This document shows, in pieces, positions 52,974 to 62,801 of a stretch of DNA of 64,000 nt (positions are counted from its first letter, which is position 1; each line of letters opens with the position of its first letter). The notes under the pieces were generated by a model. The model saw only the letters and a list, made by a program, of their open reading frames with translations. It was not told where the DNA came from and did no database searches. Origin of the DNA: an uncultured Bacteroidales bacterium (lineage in GTDB: Bacteria > Bacteroidota > Bacteroidia > Bacteroidales > UBA7960); the NCBI GenBank assembly GCA_964477035.1, contig CAYZCW010000004.1:59882-123881 (forward strand), given 5' to 3'. A program made the position numbers and the translations under genes.

Positions 52974-54278
52974 TCAATAATGGCACTTCATGCAGTCTTC
53001 GCCTCCCACCCTGGCGGCCGTGACGGCATCGATGCGGCCGGCACGAATGTCCTCATGCAGTTGTTCGAAAATTCCGTAATAGGGATTGCCCGTAAAATCC
53101 ACCTCATTGTCCCGGTGGCAGGTCAGGCACCAACCCATGGACAGGTCCTCCACCTGCCGGATCAGGTGCATCTCCTCCACCGGTCCGTGGCAGTCCTGGC
53201 ACTCAATGTTTCCGGCATTCACGTGCTGGGCATGGCTGAAGAAACTGTGGTCGGGCAGTTTGTGCACCCTGATCCAGCGCACCGGCTGGTTGCTGGCTGC
53301 GGCCCGGTGGATCTTGTTGATCTCGAAGCGTCCGGACTGGGTGCCTTCCCGGACGACTGTATGGCAGTTCAGGCAGGTGTTGTTGGACGGGATGCCTGCG
53401 CTCGTGCTGAAGCGGGCCACGGTATGGCAGTAATTGCAGTCGATCTCGTTTTCGCCGGCATGGATCAGGTGGGAGAACTTGATGGGCTGGTCGGGTTCGT
53501 AGCCCTGGGTGCGTCCCAGGGCACGGCCCTCGGCCACCGCATACTGCATATGGGTGACCAGTCCGGCGATGATCACCAGCACATGGATGGCCCTTGCCTT
53601 GATCCGGCGGGTGATCAGCAGGTCCATCAGGGCCAGGGCCATGAGAAGGCCAAAGCCCCAGAAAATGACTGCGTTGACGGGAATTGCCTTCAGCTCCCCA
53701 GGACCCTGCTCTGCCAGCTTCATCAGGTAGGCCTCGAGCTGGTGCTCCTCCACTTCCGTGATGCCCATTCCTTCGTGGTCTGCCACCATGCGCAGGCCCA
53801 CCGGACTGGCCAGTTTCTGCCGGAGGCTGTAGGTTTCATCGCCCAGCCATGCCATGGCCAGGTCATGGGCGGAGGGGTTCCAGTTGAGGGTGTCGGTCCG
53901 GCTGGTGTAATGACAGGAGGCGCAGTCGTGGGCTCCGCTGGCAAAGGGAATCAGCCCCTTGAACAATCGTTCCCCTTTTCGCAGGTCGTTTTTTGAATAC
54001 AGGCGATCACCAGAAAGGGTGTCATCTGTTGCGCCGGGGCCTTCTTCCAGGGAATCGGTCATGTCCGTGACAGCCTCCATGATTTCCTGTTCCGGCAGGT
54101 CTGTCAGGGAATCGATCTGAGCGGCAGGCTCTTCGGTGACTGTGGTGTCGGCCGGCCGGGCTTCCTGTGGCAGGGTCAGTGAAACCATGACCAGGGCGGC
54201 GCATGCCCATGCCATGGCGGGCAAAAACCGGGAAATGACCCTGGGTCTTTGGCGCTTGGGTTGAGGCTGGTAGTTCAT
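52974..54278 (-). CDS. actA: ACIII multiheme cytochrome c subunit ActA (six CxxCH motifs)
   Basis: CASCH, CNYCH, CLNCH, CQDCH, CLTCH, CMKCH. One TM helix lies between the first motif and the other five. Confidence 0.88.
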   Translation of the reverse strand: MNYQPQPKRQRPRVISRFLPAMAWACAALVMVSLTLPQEARPADTTVTEEPAAQIDSLTDLPEQEIMEAVTDMTDSLEEGPGATDDTLSGDRLYSKNDLRKGERLFKGLIPFASGAHDCASCHYTSRTDTLNWNPSAHDLAMAWLGDETYSLRQKLASPVGLRMVADHEGMGITEVEEHQLEAYLMKLAEQGPGELKAIPVNAVIFWGFGLLMALALMDLLITRRIKARAIHVLVIIAGLVTHMQYAVAEGRALGRTQGYEPDQPIKFSHLIHAGENEIDCNYCHTVARFSTSAGIPSNNTCLNCHTVVREGTQSGRFEINKIHRAAASNQPVRWIRVHKLPDHSFFSHAQHVNAGNIECQDCHGPVEEMHLIRQVEDLSMGWCLTCHRDNEVDFTGNPYYGIFEQLHEDIRAGRIDAVTAARVGGEDCMKCHY

Positions 54279-54679
54279 GTGGATCCAGGTTGTTTAATGT
54301 GCGCACCGGCGATCTGTCAGAAATGCGCTGATAGACAACTATCTATATATTTATGAAACAGCGTAAGACTTGGTAAATCAAGGCGTCATTTTTGTCCGGA
54401 ATAGCAATAAAATCAAGCCATCGGGAGTAAAATTATAAAAATTTAACAACCAGTTGACGGGCCGGGCTAATATATACTGTTTCAAAATAAACCCTGTAAG
54501 GGGCCTGCGGGACCGGGTCCCTGCATCCAGGGGACACGACCAGAAAAAAGGGATCCCGGCTTTTTTCGTGCGGATGAAACGCTGCGCAGGGCATTGTCAG
54601 GGATATCGAAAAAATGTGTATTCTTGCAAAACCACAGGCAGTATGCCAGGGGAGGGGATGACCCTTCAAGCGGCTTGAC

Positions 54680-55531
54680 ATGGATCTTAAAAAGAAGCTT
54701 CAGGAAACAGAGTCTGCACTGAAGAAAAGCCTGGAGAGGCAGCAGGCGCTGGAGGAAAGCCTTTCCCGGCAGAGTCATGTCATCCGGGAGGAGCAGGAGA
54801 AGACCACCTCCCTTTTGATGAACATCTTTCCTGAGAAGATCGTGGCCGAGTTGCTGGCTTACGGAAAGGTCAAGGCAAGGTATTACAACAATGTGAGTGT
54901 GCTGTTTGCCGACATCGAAAGCTTTTCAAGCCGTTCGACTGCCTACAGTCCTGTGGAACTGGTGGAAATGCTCGATGTGTACTTCGGTGAATTTGACCGG
55001 ATTACCGGCAGCCTGGGACTGGAAAAGATCAAGACCATCGGGGATTGCTACATGTGCGCCGGGGGACTTCCTGAGGAGGACCACCTGAATCCTTACAAGG
55101 TGGTTCTGGCCGGGTTGTGGATGCAGGAATCCGTGGCGCGGCTGGCCCGGGAAGCCGTTGACCGGGGACGTGTTCCTTTCCATCTCCGCCTGGGCATTCA
55201 CACCGGGGAGGCCGTGGCAGGGGTGGTGGGCAGCCGGAAATATGCCTATGACATCTGGGGCAAGGCGGCCAATATGGCCAGCCTGATGGTGCATTCCGGA
55301 GAAATTAAAAAGGTGAATATATCAAGCAATACCCACGAGGCCGTTTGCGATGCCTTTCGATGCACTTTCCGGGGAAAGATCCTGACCAAGAAAAAAGCGG
55401 TCATGAGCATGTATTTCGTGGAACGTCTCCGCCCTGAATATTCTGCGGATGCTTCGGGCCTGTTGCCCAACAACCGCTTCCTAGACAAGGTGCGACTCAG
55501 ACCGCCTGAAAACCTTTTTAAGGAGCATTGA
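54680..55531 (+). CDS. class III adenylate/guanylate cyclase with N-terminal coiled coil
   Basis: VSVLFADIESFS (metal Asp), KTIGDCYMCAGG (Lys plus metal Asp), RLGIHTGEAVAGVVG..K..YDIWG.AAN.AS. Confidence 0.88.
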   Translation: MDLKKKLQETESALKKSLERQQALEESLSRQSHVIREEQEKTTSLLMNIFPEKIVAELLAYGKVKARYYNNVSVLFADIESFSSRSTAYSPVELVEMLDVYFGEFDRITGSLGLEKIKTIGDCYMCAGGLPEEDHLNPYKVVLAGLWMQESVARLAREAVDRGRVPFHLRLGIHTGEAVAGVVGSRKYAYDIWGKAANMASLMVHSGEIKKVNISSNTHEAVCDAFRCTFRGKILTKKKAVMSMYFVERLRPEYSADASGLLPNNRFLDKVRLRPPENLFKEH

Positions 55532-57525
55532 TTCTTTTATCTGAACCAGTGAAAGATCCAGACTTGCCTTCGAGGCATTCCTCGGTCCAGGTGGTTGTCG
55601 TGGAAGACGATGTGGCCCTGAATGCGCTCATTTGTGAAAGCCTCGGAAAGGGTGGCGATCCCGTGAGGGGGTTCTTCAGCGGGCAGGAGGTTGTGCAATG
55701 GTACCGGATCAGGCAGGCACCGGATGTGTTGTTTCTGATCGATTTTCACCTGGAGGACATGAGCGGGGAGGAATTGCTGAAACAGCTCAGGGGGTTGAAT
55801 GAGGAGGTTCATTTCATCATCATGACGGGGTTGGGGGATGAGAAAATGGCCGTCGACATGATGAAGCTGGGTGCCCTGGACTACCTGATCAAAGACCGGA
55901 CCTTCATCGACCTGCTTCCTTCCTCAGTGGCCCAGGCCTTAAACCACATCCGGATGGGCCGGCATCTGGCGGACTCACTGAGGGCCCTGAGGGAGAGCGA
56001 AAGGAAGTATCGTTTGCTGACCGAGCATTCCAGTGACATGATATCCAGGTTCAGCTGGGACCATACCTTTCTTTTTGTCTCCCCTGCCGCAGAGACACTC
56101 CTTGGCTATGCTGCCGAAGAACTCCTGGGAAAACCCTTTACCATGCTGGTCCATCCAAAGGATATGGAGAAGGTCAGGCTTGCCCACGCCAGCCTGATCG
56201 GGGGCAACGGCAGCGGGACAATACAAGCATGCCGGCTCAAAAAGAAAGCAGGGGGGTACCTGTGGGTGGAAACCAACAACCAGGTTGTCCTTGACCATGA
56301 AACGGGACTGGTCCGGGAGATCGTGGCTGTGACGCGGGACATCTCCGAGCGCCTGGAGAAGGAGCGGCTGATCAAGGCCAAGGAAGTGGCAGAAAAGGCC
56401 AACCAGGCCAAATCCGAGTTCCTGGCCAATTTGAGTCATGAAATAAGAAACCCGCTCAATGCCACCATCGGAATGGCGAATACGCTGTTGAAAACACCCC
56501 TGAATGAGGAGCAGTCCTCCTGCCTGAAATCCATATTGTTTTCTTCGAGAAACCTGCAGGGCATCCTCAAGGACATCCTTGATTATTCAAGGCTTGAGGC
56601 AGGGCGGGTGTCCCTTCAGTATGCGGCATTCAACCTGAAAGAGTCTGTGGATGAATTGCTCGGGTTATTCCGGCCACAGGCGCGGGAAAAGGGATTATCG
56701 CTCGAAGTATCCTATGGCGATGGGGTTCCCGATCTTCTTTACTCGGACGAGCAGAAGATCCTGCAGGTGCTGGGCAACCTGCTGAGCAATGCCTTGAAAT
56801 TTACACGGGAAGGCAGGGTAAGGCTCGGGGTGTCGTGCCTGAAGGAGCAGGGTCCCCGCCTGGAGTTTTCGGTCCGGGATACCGGGATTGGGGTCCGTTT
56901 GGAAGACATTCCGGCCGTGTTCGACTCCTTCCGGCAACTGGACAGCTCCCCGAAAAAAGAGTACCAGGGCACAGGCCTGGGTTTAAGCATTGTGAAAAGC
57001 ATTGCCGGGCTAATGCAGGGAAGCGTAAGCTTTGAGAGCACCTACGGGAAGGGGACAACGGTCCGGTTTGTGATTCCCCTGGTGACCATGGGAAATAGGA
57101 CTCAGGTCCGGCAGCCTGCCGCACAACCCCTGCCCTCCGGCCGCCCCCTGAGGATTCTGGTGGCTGAGGACGAAGCCATCAACCAGATGTACCTGGCCGG
57201 TTTCCTCCGTTCCCAGGGATGGACGGCCGATACCGCATCCAACGGACAGGCCGCCCTGGAAAAATACCGGACAAACGAATACGACCTGATTCTGATGGAC
57301 GGCCAAATGCCCCGCATGGACGGCTTTGAGGCGACCCGCATCATCCGGTCGGAGGAGGAAGCATTGGGGAAACACACCCCGATCGTGGCCATCACAGGCT
57401 ATGCGATCGCCGGTGACCGCGAGCGTTTTCTGCAAGCGGGCATGGATGAGTACATGACCAAACCCCTGGACGAGGACCGGTTGCTGGAGGTGATCCGGAG
57501 CCTGGTACCGCCGGACGGATCTTAG
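55528..57525 (+). CDS. hybrid sensor histidine kinase: REC-PAS-HisKA-HATPase-REC
   Basis: N-terminal REC (VVVVEDD...[11 protein letters not shown]...[11 protein letters not shown]), a PAS region, H-box [15 protein letters not shown] boxes [21 protein letters not shown], and a C-terminal REC (ILVAEDE...[13 protein letters not shown]). TTG start overlaps the cyclase stop (TTGA). Confidence 0.92.
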   Translation: MILLSEPVKDPDLPSRHSSVQVVVVEDDVALNALICESLGKGGDPVRGFFSGQEVVQWYRIRQAPDVLFLIDFHLEDMSGEELLKQLRGLNEEVHFIIMTGLGDEKMAVDMMKLGALDYLIKDRTFIDLLPSSVAQALNHIRMGRHLADSLRALRESERKYRLLTEHSSDMISRFSWDHTFLFVSPAAETLLGYAAEELLGKPFTMLVHPKDMEKVRLAHASLIGGNGSGTIQACRLKKKAGGYLWVETNNQVVLDHETGLVREIVAVTRDISERLEKERLIKAKEVAEKANQAKSEFLANLSHEIRNPLNATIGMANTLLKTPLNEEQSSCLKSILFSSRNLQGILKDILDYSRLEAGRVSLQYAAFNLKESVDELLGLFRPQAREKGLSLEVSYGDGVPDLLYSDEQKILQVLGNLLSNALKFTREGRVRLGVSCLKEQGPRLEFSVRDTGIGVRLEDIPAVFDSFRQLDSSPKKEYQGTGLGLSIVKSIAGLMQGSVSFESTYGKGTTVRFVIPLVTMGNRTQVRQPAAQPLPSGRPLRILVAEDEAINQMYLAGFLRSQGWTADTASNGQAALEKYRTNEYDLILMDGQMPRMDGFEATRIIRSEEEALGKHTPIVAITGYAIAGDRERFLQAGMDEYMTKPLDEDRLLEVIRSLVPPDGS

Positions 57526-58721
57526 TCTTCCTGGATGGCCTGGATGCCCGGAAGGATTTTCCCTTCCATGTATTCCAGAAGGGCCCCGCCCCCGGTGCTC
57601 ACATAACTGACCTTGTCTGCCAGCTCCATCTGGTTGATCGCTGCCACCGAGTCGCCTCCGCCCACCAGGGTGAAAGCCCCTTTTTCCGTGGCCTCCGCCA
57701 ATGCGAGGGCGATGGCCCGGGTGCCGGTGGCAAAATGGCTCATTTCAAACACCCCCATGGGGCCGTTCCAGAGGATGGTTTTTGCCTGCCGGATGACTTC
57801 CCCGAACTTTTTAACGGACTCCGGGCCGATGTCCAGGCCCAGCCAGTCTTCGGGGATGCGGGTTGCGGGGGCCTCCCTGAATTTGGCATCGTTCGAAAAG
57901 CTGTCGGCAATCACGGCATCGGTCGGAATGTGAATTTTCACGCCTTTGGCGCGTGCCGATGACAGGATTTCACGGGCGGTCTCCAGGTAGTCGTCCTCCA
58001 CCATGCTGTTGCCGATCCTGCCCCCCTGGGCCTTGATAAAGGTAAACATCATGCCCCCCCCGATGATCAGGTCGTCGACCTTGTCGAGCAGGTTGTTGAT
58101 GATCTCGATCTTTGTGCTGACTTTGGCCCCTCCGATAACTGCCGCGTAGGGCTTCCGGGTGTCCCTGAGAACCTTGTCGATGCTTTCCAGTTCCCGGGTC
58201 ATGATGTAGCCGAAATATTTGGCCTCCGGGAAAAAACGGGCAATGATGGTGGTGGAGGCATGGGCCCTGTGAGCCGTCCCGAAGGCGTCATTGACATATA
58301 CATCGGCCAGGGAGGCCAGGCGGGAGGCGAATGCTTCGTCGCCCTTGGTTTCCTCCTTGTAAAACCGGAGGTTCTCCAGCAGAAGGACTTCTCCGGGCTT
58401 CAGGCCTTCGGCCTGCTGAATGGCCGATTCACCGATGCAATCGCCGGCAAAGAGCACCTTCAGCCCGAGCAGTTTGCCCAGGTGTTTCTGCAGGTGCCTC
58501 AGGGAGAACCGGTCCTCGGGGCCTTCCTTGGGACGTCCCAGGTGGGACATGAGGATGGCACTGCCCCCGTCATCCAGGATCTTGCGGATGGTGGGCACGG
58601 CCGCACGCATCCTGCTGTCATCTGTAATATGATTGTTCTGGTCGATGGGTACATTGAAATCAACGCGTACAATGGCCCGTTTACCTGAAAAATTAATCTG
58701 GTCGATCGTCTTCATTGTCAT
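57522..58721 (-). CDS. pgk: phosphoglycerate kinase
   Basis: [12 protein letters not shown]...[12 protein letters not shown]...GGGDS... canonical PGK motifs. Confidence 0.97.
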   Translation of the reverse strand: MTMKTIDQINFSGKRAIVRVDFNVPIDQNNHITDDSRMRAAVPTIRKILDDGGSAILMSHLGRPKEGPEDRFSLRHLQKHLGKLLGLKVLFAGDCIGESAIQQAEGLKPGEVLLLENLRFYKEETKGDEAFASRLASLADVYVNDAFGTAHRAHASTTIIARFFPEAKYFGYIMTRELESIDKVLRDTRKPYAAVIGGAKVSTKIEIINNLLDKVDDLIIGGGMMFTFIKAQGGRIGNSMVEDDYLETAREILSSARAKGVKIHIPTDAVIADSFSNDAKFREAPATRIPEDWLGLDIGPESVKKFGEVIRQAKTILWNGPMGVFEMSHFATGTRAIALALAEATEKGAFTLVGGGDSVAAINQMELADKVSYVSTGGGALLEYMEGKILPGIQAIQED

Positions 58722-58779
58722 CCTGCTTATGAAAAAAAAAAGTAATTTTACCCCCTGTACGGGAAAATCCCATTTGTTG

Positions 58780-58787
58780 CAAAAGTA
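58780..58787 (-). promoter_or_regulatory. -7 box TACTTTTG (minus strand) upstream of pgk
   Basis: The plus strand reads CAAAAGTA, about 60 nt upstream of ATG 58721. Confidence 0.45.
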
Positions 58788-58808
58788 CTATTTTTTTCGA
58801 AGGAAGAT

Positions 58809-59966
58809 ATGAGCTTTTTCCCTGATTCGATCGCCTCCAAGCTCCCCAATACCGGGACCTCCGTATTTGCGGTTATGACCTCCCTGGCAAGGGAGCATGG
58901 GGCCATCAACCTGTCTCAGGGCTTCCCCGACTTTCCGGTTTCTCCGGAGCTGATCAAGCGGGTCCATGAAGCCATGAAGAAAGGCTGCAACCAATACGCC
59001 CCCATGCCGGGGCTGATGGAGCTGCGCGAGATGATCGCCGGGAAGACCCGGACCCTTTACGGTGCTTCTTATGAGCCGGAAACCGAGATTACCGTCACGG
59101 CCGGCGCGACCCAGGCCCTGTTCACAGCCATCACCGCCTTTGTAAAGGACGAGGATGAGGTCATTGTGTTCGAGCCGGCTTACGACAGTTATGCGCCGGC
59201 CATCCGGCTGAACGGGGGCATGCCCATTCCATTCAGGATGAAACCCCCGCATTTCAGGATCGACTGGGAAGAGGTGAAGAGGCTGGTGAGTTCCAGGACA
59301 CGCATGATCATCATCAACTCACCCCATAACCCTTCCGGCACCGTGCTGCAGTCGGAGGACATGGAACAGCTCGACAAGCTGACAGCCAATTCAGGGATCA
59401 TCGTCCTGAGTGACGAGGTGTATGAACACATTCTTTTTGAGGGGCAGGTTCATCAGAGCGTGTGCCGTTATCCAGCCCTGGTCGAAAGAAGCCTGGTGGT
59501 GTGTTCGTTCGGAAAGACATTTCATGCAACAGGATGGAAAACAGGTTATTGTGTGGCCCCTGAGATCCTTATGAAGGAATTCAGGAAGACCCATCAATTC
59601 ATGGTGTTTGCCGCCAACACCCCGGTGCAACATGCATTGGCCGGGTACCTGAAGGATCCGGCACATTACGAAGGCCTTGGTCCGTTCTATCAAAAGAAGC
59701 GGGATTTCTTCCTCCAGGCCTTGCAGGGATCGCGTTTCAAGGCCGTGCCCGCCGGGGGCACCTATTTCCAGCTACTCGACTACAGCGACATTTCTGAAGA
59801 GGAGGAGATGGATTTTGCCCGGCGGCTTGTCCGGGAGCACAAGGTGGCTGCCGTGCCGGTCTCTTCCTTTTATTCCAAGCCGGAAAACCAGCGAATCCTG
59901 AGGTTCTGTTTCGCGAAATCAGAAGAAACCCTCGAAAAAGCCGCCAACATCCTATGCAAAATCTGA
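58809..59966 (+). CDS. class I/II PLP aminotransferase (YbdL/methionine-glutamine aminotransferase-like)
   Basis: SVFAVMTSLAREHGAINLSQGFPDFP...NSPHNPSG...SFGKTFHATGWKTGY (PLP Lys). Confidence 0.9.
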   Translation: MSFFPDSIASKLPNTGTSVFAVMTSLAREHGAINLSQGFPDFPVSPELIKRVHEAMKKGCNQYAPMPGLMELREMIAGKTRTLYGASYEPETEITVTAGATQALFTAITAFVKDEDEVIVFEPAYDSYAPAIRLNGGMPIPFRMKPPHFRIDWEEVKRLVSSRTRMIIINSPHNPSGTVLQSEDMEQLDKLTANSGIIVLSDEVYEHILFEGQVHQSVCRYPALVERSLVVCSFGKTFHATGWKTGYCVAPEILMKEFRKTHQFMVFAANTPVQHALAGYLKDPAHYEGLGPFYQKKRDFFLQALQGSRFKAVPAGGTYFQLLDYSDISEEEEMDFARRLVREHKVAAVPVSSFYSKPENQRILRFCFAKSEETLEKAANILCKI

Positions 59967-60742
59967 CCCTTAGCCTGGTACAGTCCGATCTGTTCTGGGA
60001 GGAGCCACAGAAAAACCTGGACATGTTTTCTGAGAAGCTCGCCGCCCTGGACGGGCCGGGAGACCTGATCGTGTTGCCGGAAATGTTTTCGACGGGCTTT
60101 TCCATGGATGCCCGGCGGGTGGCCGAACCCTTCGGGGAGGGCCCGGCCCTGGATTGGATGCGCAGGCAGGCGTCCGATAAGGGAAGTGTGCTTTGCGGCA
60201 GCATTGCCGTGGCCGAGGGAGGACGGTTCTTCAACCGGTTCATTTGGATGCCCCCGGACGGCCGCTTGCAGTATTACGACAAGAAGCACCTGTTCAGCCA
60301 TGCCGGAGAGAATGGTCCGTACACCCCGGGACGGGACAAATGCATCATGACCCTGAAGGGCTGGAAAATCCTGCCCATGATCTGCTACGACCTGAGGTTT
60401 CCCATGTGGAGCCGCAACAGACACGATCCGGGAAAAGGCTTCGACTATGACATATTGCTTTATGTGGCCAACTGGCCGGAAAGCCGCAGCCATGCCTGGA
60501 GGGTTTTGCTCATGGGAAGGGCCATTGAAAACCAGTGCTATGTGGTGGGGGTCAACCGGGTGGGCGTCGACGGCCGGGGGGTGTCCCACTCGGGAGACTC
60601 CGCGGTGATCGATCCCATGGGGGAAAGCCTCCTGGCCACCCTTCCGCACCAGGAATGCACCAGTACGCTTACCTTGCCCCGCTGTCCCCTCGACAGTTTC
60701 AGGGATCAGTTCAGGGCCTGGTCCGACTGGGATCCGCTTTAG
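59954..60742 (+). CDS. nitrilase-superfamily amidohydrolase (YafV/omega-amidase-like)
   Basis: [12 protein letters not shown]...[12 protein letters not shown] (Glu)...KKHLF (Lys)...MICYDLRFP (Cys) catalytic E-K-C triad pattern. 13-nt overlap with the aminotransferase. Confidence 0.85.
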   Translation: MQNLTLSLVQSDLFWEEPQKNLDMFSEKLAALDGPGDLIVLPEMFSTGFSMDARRVAEPFGEGPALDWMRRQASDKGSVLCGSIAVAEGGRFFNRFIWMPPDGRLQYYDKKHLFSHAGENGPYTPGRDKCIMTLKGWKILPMICYDLRFPMWSRNRHDPGKGFDYDILLYVANWPESRSHAWRVLLMGRAIENQCYVVGVNRVGVDGRGVSHSGDSAVIDPMGESLLATLPHQECTSTLTLPRCPLDSFRDQFRAWSDWDPL

Positions 60743-62583
60743 GCTTCCTCCAGGACATCCAGCTCCACGCGCAGGTTGTCGATGATGAAATTCTGCCTCT
60801 CCGGGGTGTTTTTGCCCATGTAAAACGACAGCATGTCCCCGATGCCCAGGTCCTTTCTCAGGATCACCGGGTCCAGCCGGATGCTTTTCCCGATAAAATT
60901 TCCGAACTCATCCGGTGAAATCTCACCCAGTCCCTTGAAGCGGGTGATCTCGGGTTTCCCGCCCAGAGTGCCGATGGCCTCCTGTTTTTCCTTGTCCGAG
61001 TAGCAGTAAAAGGTTTGCTGTTTGTTGCGTACCCGGAACAAGGGTGTCTGCAGGATGTACAGGTGGCCGTTGCGCACCAGGTCGGGGAAGAACTGCAGGA
61101 AAAAAGTGAGTAAAAGCAGCCTGATGTGCATGCCGTCCACATCCGCGTCGGTGGCGACGACAATGTTGTTATACCTCAGGTCCTCCAGGCTGTCCTCGAT
61201 GTTCAGGGCTGCCTGCAGCAGGTTGAACTCCTCGTTTTCATAAACGATCTTCTTGGTCAGGCCGTAGCTGTTAAGGGGCTTGCCCTTGAGACTGAAGACA
61301 GCCTGGGTGTTCACATCCCGCGCTTTGGTGATCGATCCGCTGGCTGAGTCTCCTTCGGTGATGAAGAGGGTGGAGTCGAGCCGCTGCGGATGGTTGTCAT
61401 TATAGTGTATACGGCAATCGCGCAGTTTCTTGTTGTGCAGGCTTGCCTTCTTTACCCGTTCCCTGGCCAGTTTTTTGATGCTGGCCATGTCCTTGCGTTC
61501 CTTTTCCGATTGAAGGATTTTTCTCAAAAGGGCTTCGGCGGTTTCCGGGTTCATGTGCAGGTAGTTGTCCAGCCGCCTTTTGACGATGTCGTTGATGTAA
61601 TTCTTGATGCTCGGACCATCCGGTTCAATATACTGGGAACCAAGCTTGGTTTTGGTCTGTGACTCGAAGACCGGCTCCTGGACCTTGATGCTCAGGGCCA
61701 CAATGATGGAGGTCTTGATGTCGTTGGCATCGAAATCCTTCTTGTAAAACTCCCTCAGGGTCCGGTTGAGGCTCTCGCGAAAGGCTGCCTGGTGGGTGCC
61801 CCCCTGGGTGGTATGCTGGCCGTTCACAAAAGAATAGTATTCCTCGCTGTACTGGGAGGCACTGTGGGTGAAGGCGAATTCCAGGTCGTCATTCTGGAGG
61901 TGGATGATGGGATAACACAGCGGGGTGTCGATATTCCGGTTGAGCAGGTCCATCAGTCCGTTCTGGGCCTGAAGCTTCTGCCCGTTGAACACGATGGTCA
62001 GACCCCGGTTCAGGAACACGTAATTCCACAGGAGCTTTTCGATGTATTCATCGATGAAGCGAAACTTGCCAAAGATGGTTTCATCCGGCACAAAGGTCAC
62101 GATGGTGCCGCTGCGGTGGGTGCTGTTTGCTTCCGGATGTTCCTCGATCAGTTCTCCCATGCGGAAGTCGGCCACCTTGGAACGGCCTTCCCGCAAAGAT
62201 TCGATGCGGAAAGAACCCGACAGGGCATTCACGGCCTTGGTGCCCACCCCATTCAATCCGACGGTCTTCTTGAATACCTTGCTGTCGTATTTGGCCCCCG
62301 TATTGATCTTTGAGACGCAGTCGACCACCTTCCCGAGGGGGATTCCCCGGCCATAATCCCGGACTGTCACCTGCCTTTCATCGATTTTTACTTCAATGGT
62401 CTTTCCAAAACCCATGATGTGTTCATCGATGGCATTGTCGATGACTTCCTTGATCAACACATAAATGCCGTCGTCGGGGGAGGCCCCGTCGCCCAGTTTG
62501 CCGATGTACATGCCCGGACGCATGCGGATGTGTTCCTTCCAGTCGAGTGTCCGGATGGTTTCTTCTGAATAGTTTTCTGCCAT
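60739..62583 (-). CDS. parE: DNA topoisomerase IV subunit B
   Basis: [33 protein letters not shown] (Bacteroidota ParE-type N-terminus rather than the GyrB GLEAVRKRP type), GHKL ATPase and TOPRIM motifs ([20 protein letters not shown]). Start at ATG 62583. Confidence 0.88.
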   Translation of the reverse strand: MAENYSEETIRTLDWKEHIRMRPGMYIGKLGDGASPDDGIYVLIKEVIDNAIDEHIMGFGKTIEVKIDERQVTVRDYGRGIPLGKVVDCVSKINTGAKYDSKVFKKTVGLNGVGTKAVNALSGSFRIESLREGRSKVADFRMGELIEEHPEANSTHRSGTIVTFVPDETIFGKFRFIDEYIEKLLWNYVFLNRGLTIVFNGQKLQAQNGLMDLLNRNIDTPLCYPIIHLQNDDLEFAFTHSASQYSEEYYSFVNGQHTTQGGTHQAAFRESLNRTLREFYKKDFDANDIKTSIIVALSIKVQEPVFESQTKTKLGSQYIEPDGPSIKNYINDIVKRRLDNYLHMNPETAEALLRKILQSEKERKDMASIKKLARERVKKASLHNKKLRDCRIHYNDNHPQRLDSTLFITEGDSASGSITKARDVNTQAVFSLKGKPLNSYGLTKKIVYENEEFNLLQAALNIEDSLEDLRYNNIVVATDADVDGMHIRLLLLTFFLQFFPDLVRNGHLYILQTPLFRVRNKQQTFYCYSDKEKQEAIGTLGGKPEITRFKGLGEISPDEFGNFIGKSIRLDPVILRKDLGIGDMLSFYMGKNTPERQNFIIDNLRVELDVLEEA

Positions 62584-62604
62584 GATGGTTTCCTGGATCA
62601 GATG

Positions 62605-62612
62605 CAAAGATA
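62605..62612 (-). promoter_or_regulatory. -7 box TATCTTTG (minus strand) upstream of parE
   Basis: The plus strand reads CAAAGATA, 22 nt upstream of ATG 62583. Confidence 0.4.
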
Positions 62613-62715
62613 ATACAAAGCAGGCAACATCCCCTTGCCTGCCCGCCATGTTAAAAAATGATAAAACTGACCGGGCGCCCATGGTTTCCCTGTTGTGGGT
62701 TGAAACATTTTGTCG

Positions 62716-62723
62716 TAAATTTG
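62716..62723 (+). promoter_or_regulatory. -7 box TAAATTTG upstream of the TonB-dependent receptor
   Basis: Exact consensus 79 nt upstream of ATG 62802. Confidence 0.45.
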
Positions 62724-62801
62724 TTTAATAAGTCTAAATAAAAATAAAACAAAACCAGAATTCTTTTTTTGATGCCACACCTATCAAGCACCCAATACGC
62801 C

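Noticed and set aside
54433-54778. Small ORFs in the actA/cyclase intergenic region (54454..54678 +, 74 aa; 54433..54681 -; 54482..54778 -)
   Set aside because: The + ORF starts with TTG, is basic and Cys/Gly-rich with no motifs, and is overlapped by equally long ORFs on the other strand. A promoter/operator role for this 400-bp AT-rich region is more likely. A small RNA cannot be excluded, but I found no convincing structure: only a weak A/U stem at 54543-54567 and a 4-bp GGGA/TCCC hairpin.
60739-62682. GyrB assignment, and the upstream ATG at 62682 as start
   Set aside because: The N-terminus ([21 protein letters not shown]) and the ~614-aa length fit Bacteroidota ParE rather than GyrB. 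The 33-codon extension from 62682 has no homology-like character and would swallow the candidate promoter box at 62605-62612.
62643-62801. Cobalamin or other riboswitch upstream of the TonB-dependent receptor
   Set aside because: The predicted leader after the -7 box is ~70 nt of A-rich sequence without the conserved B12-box or evident helices.
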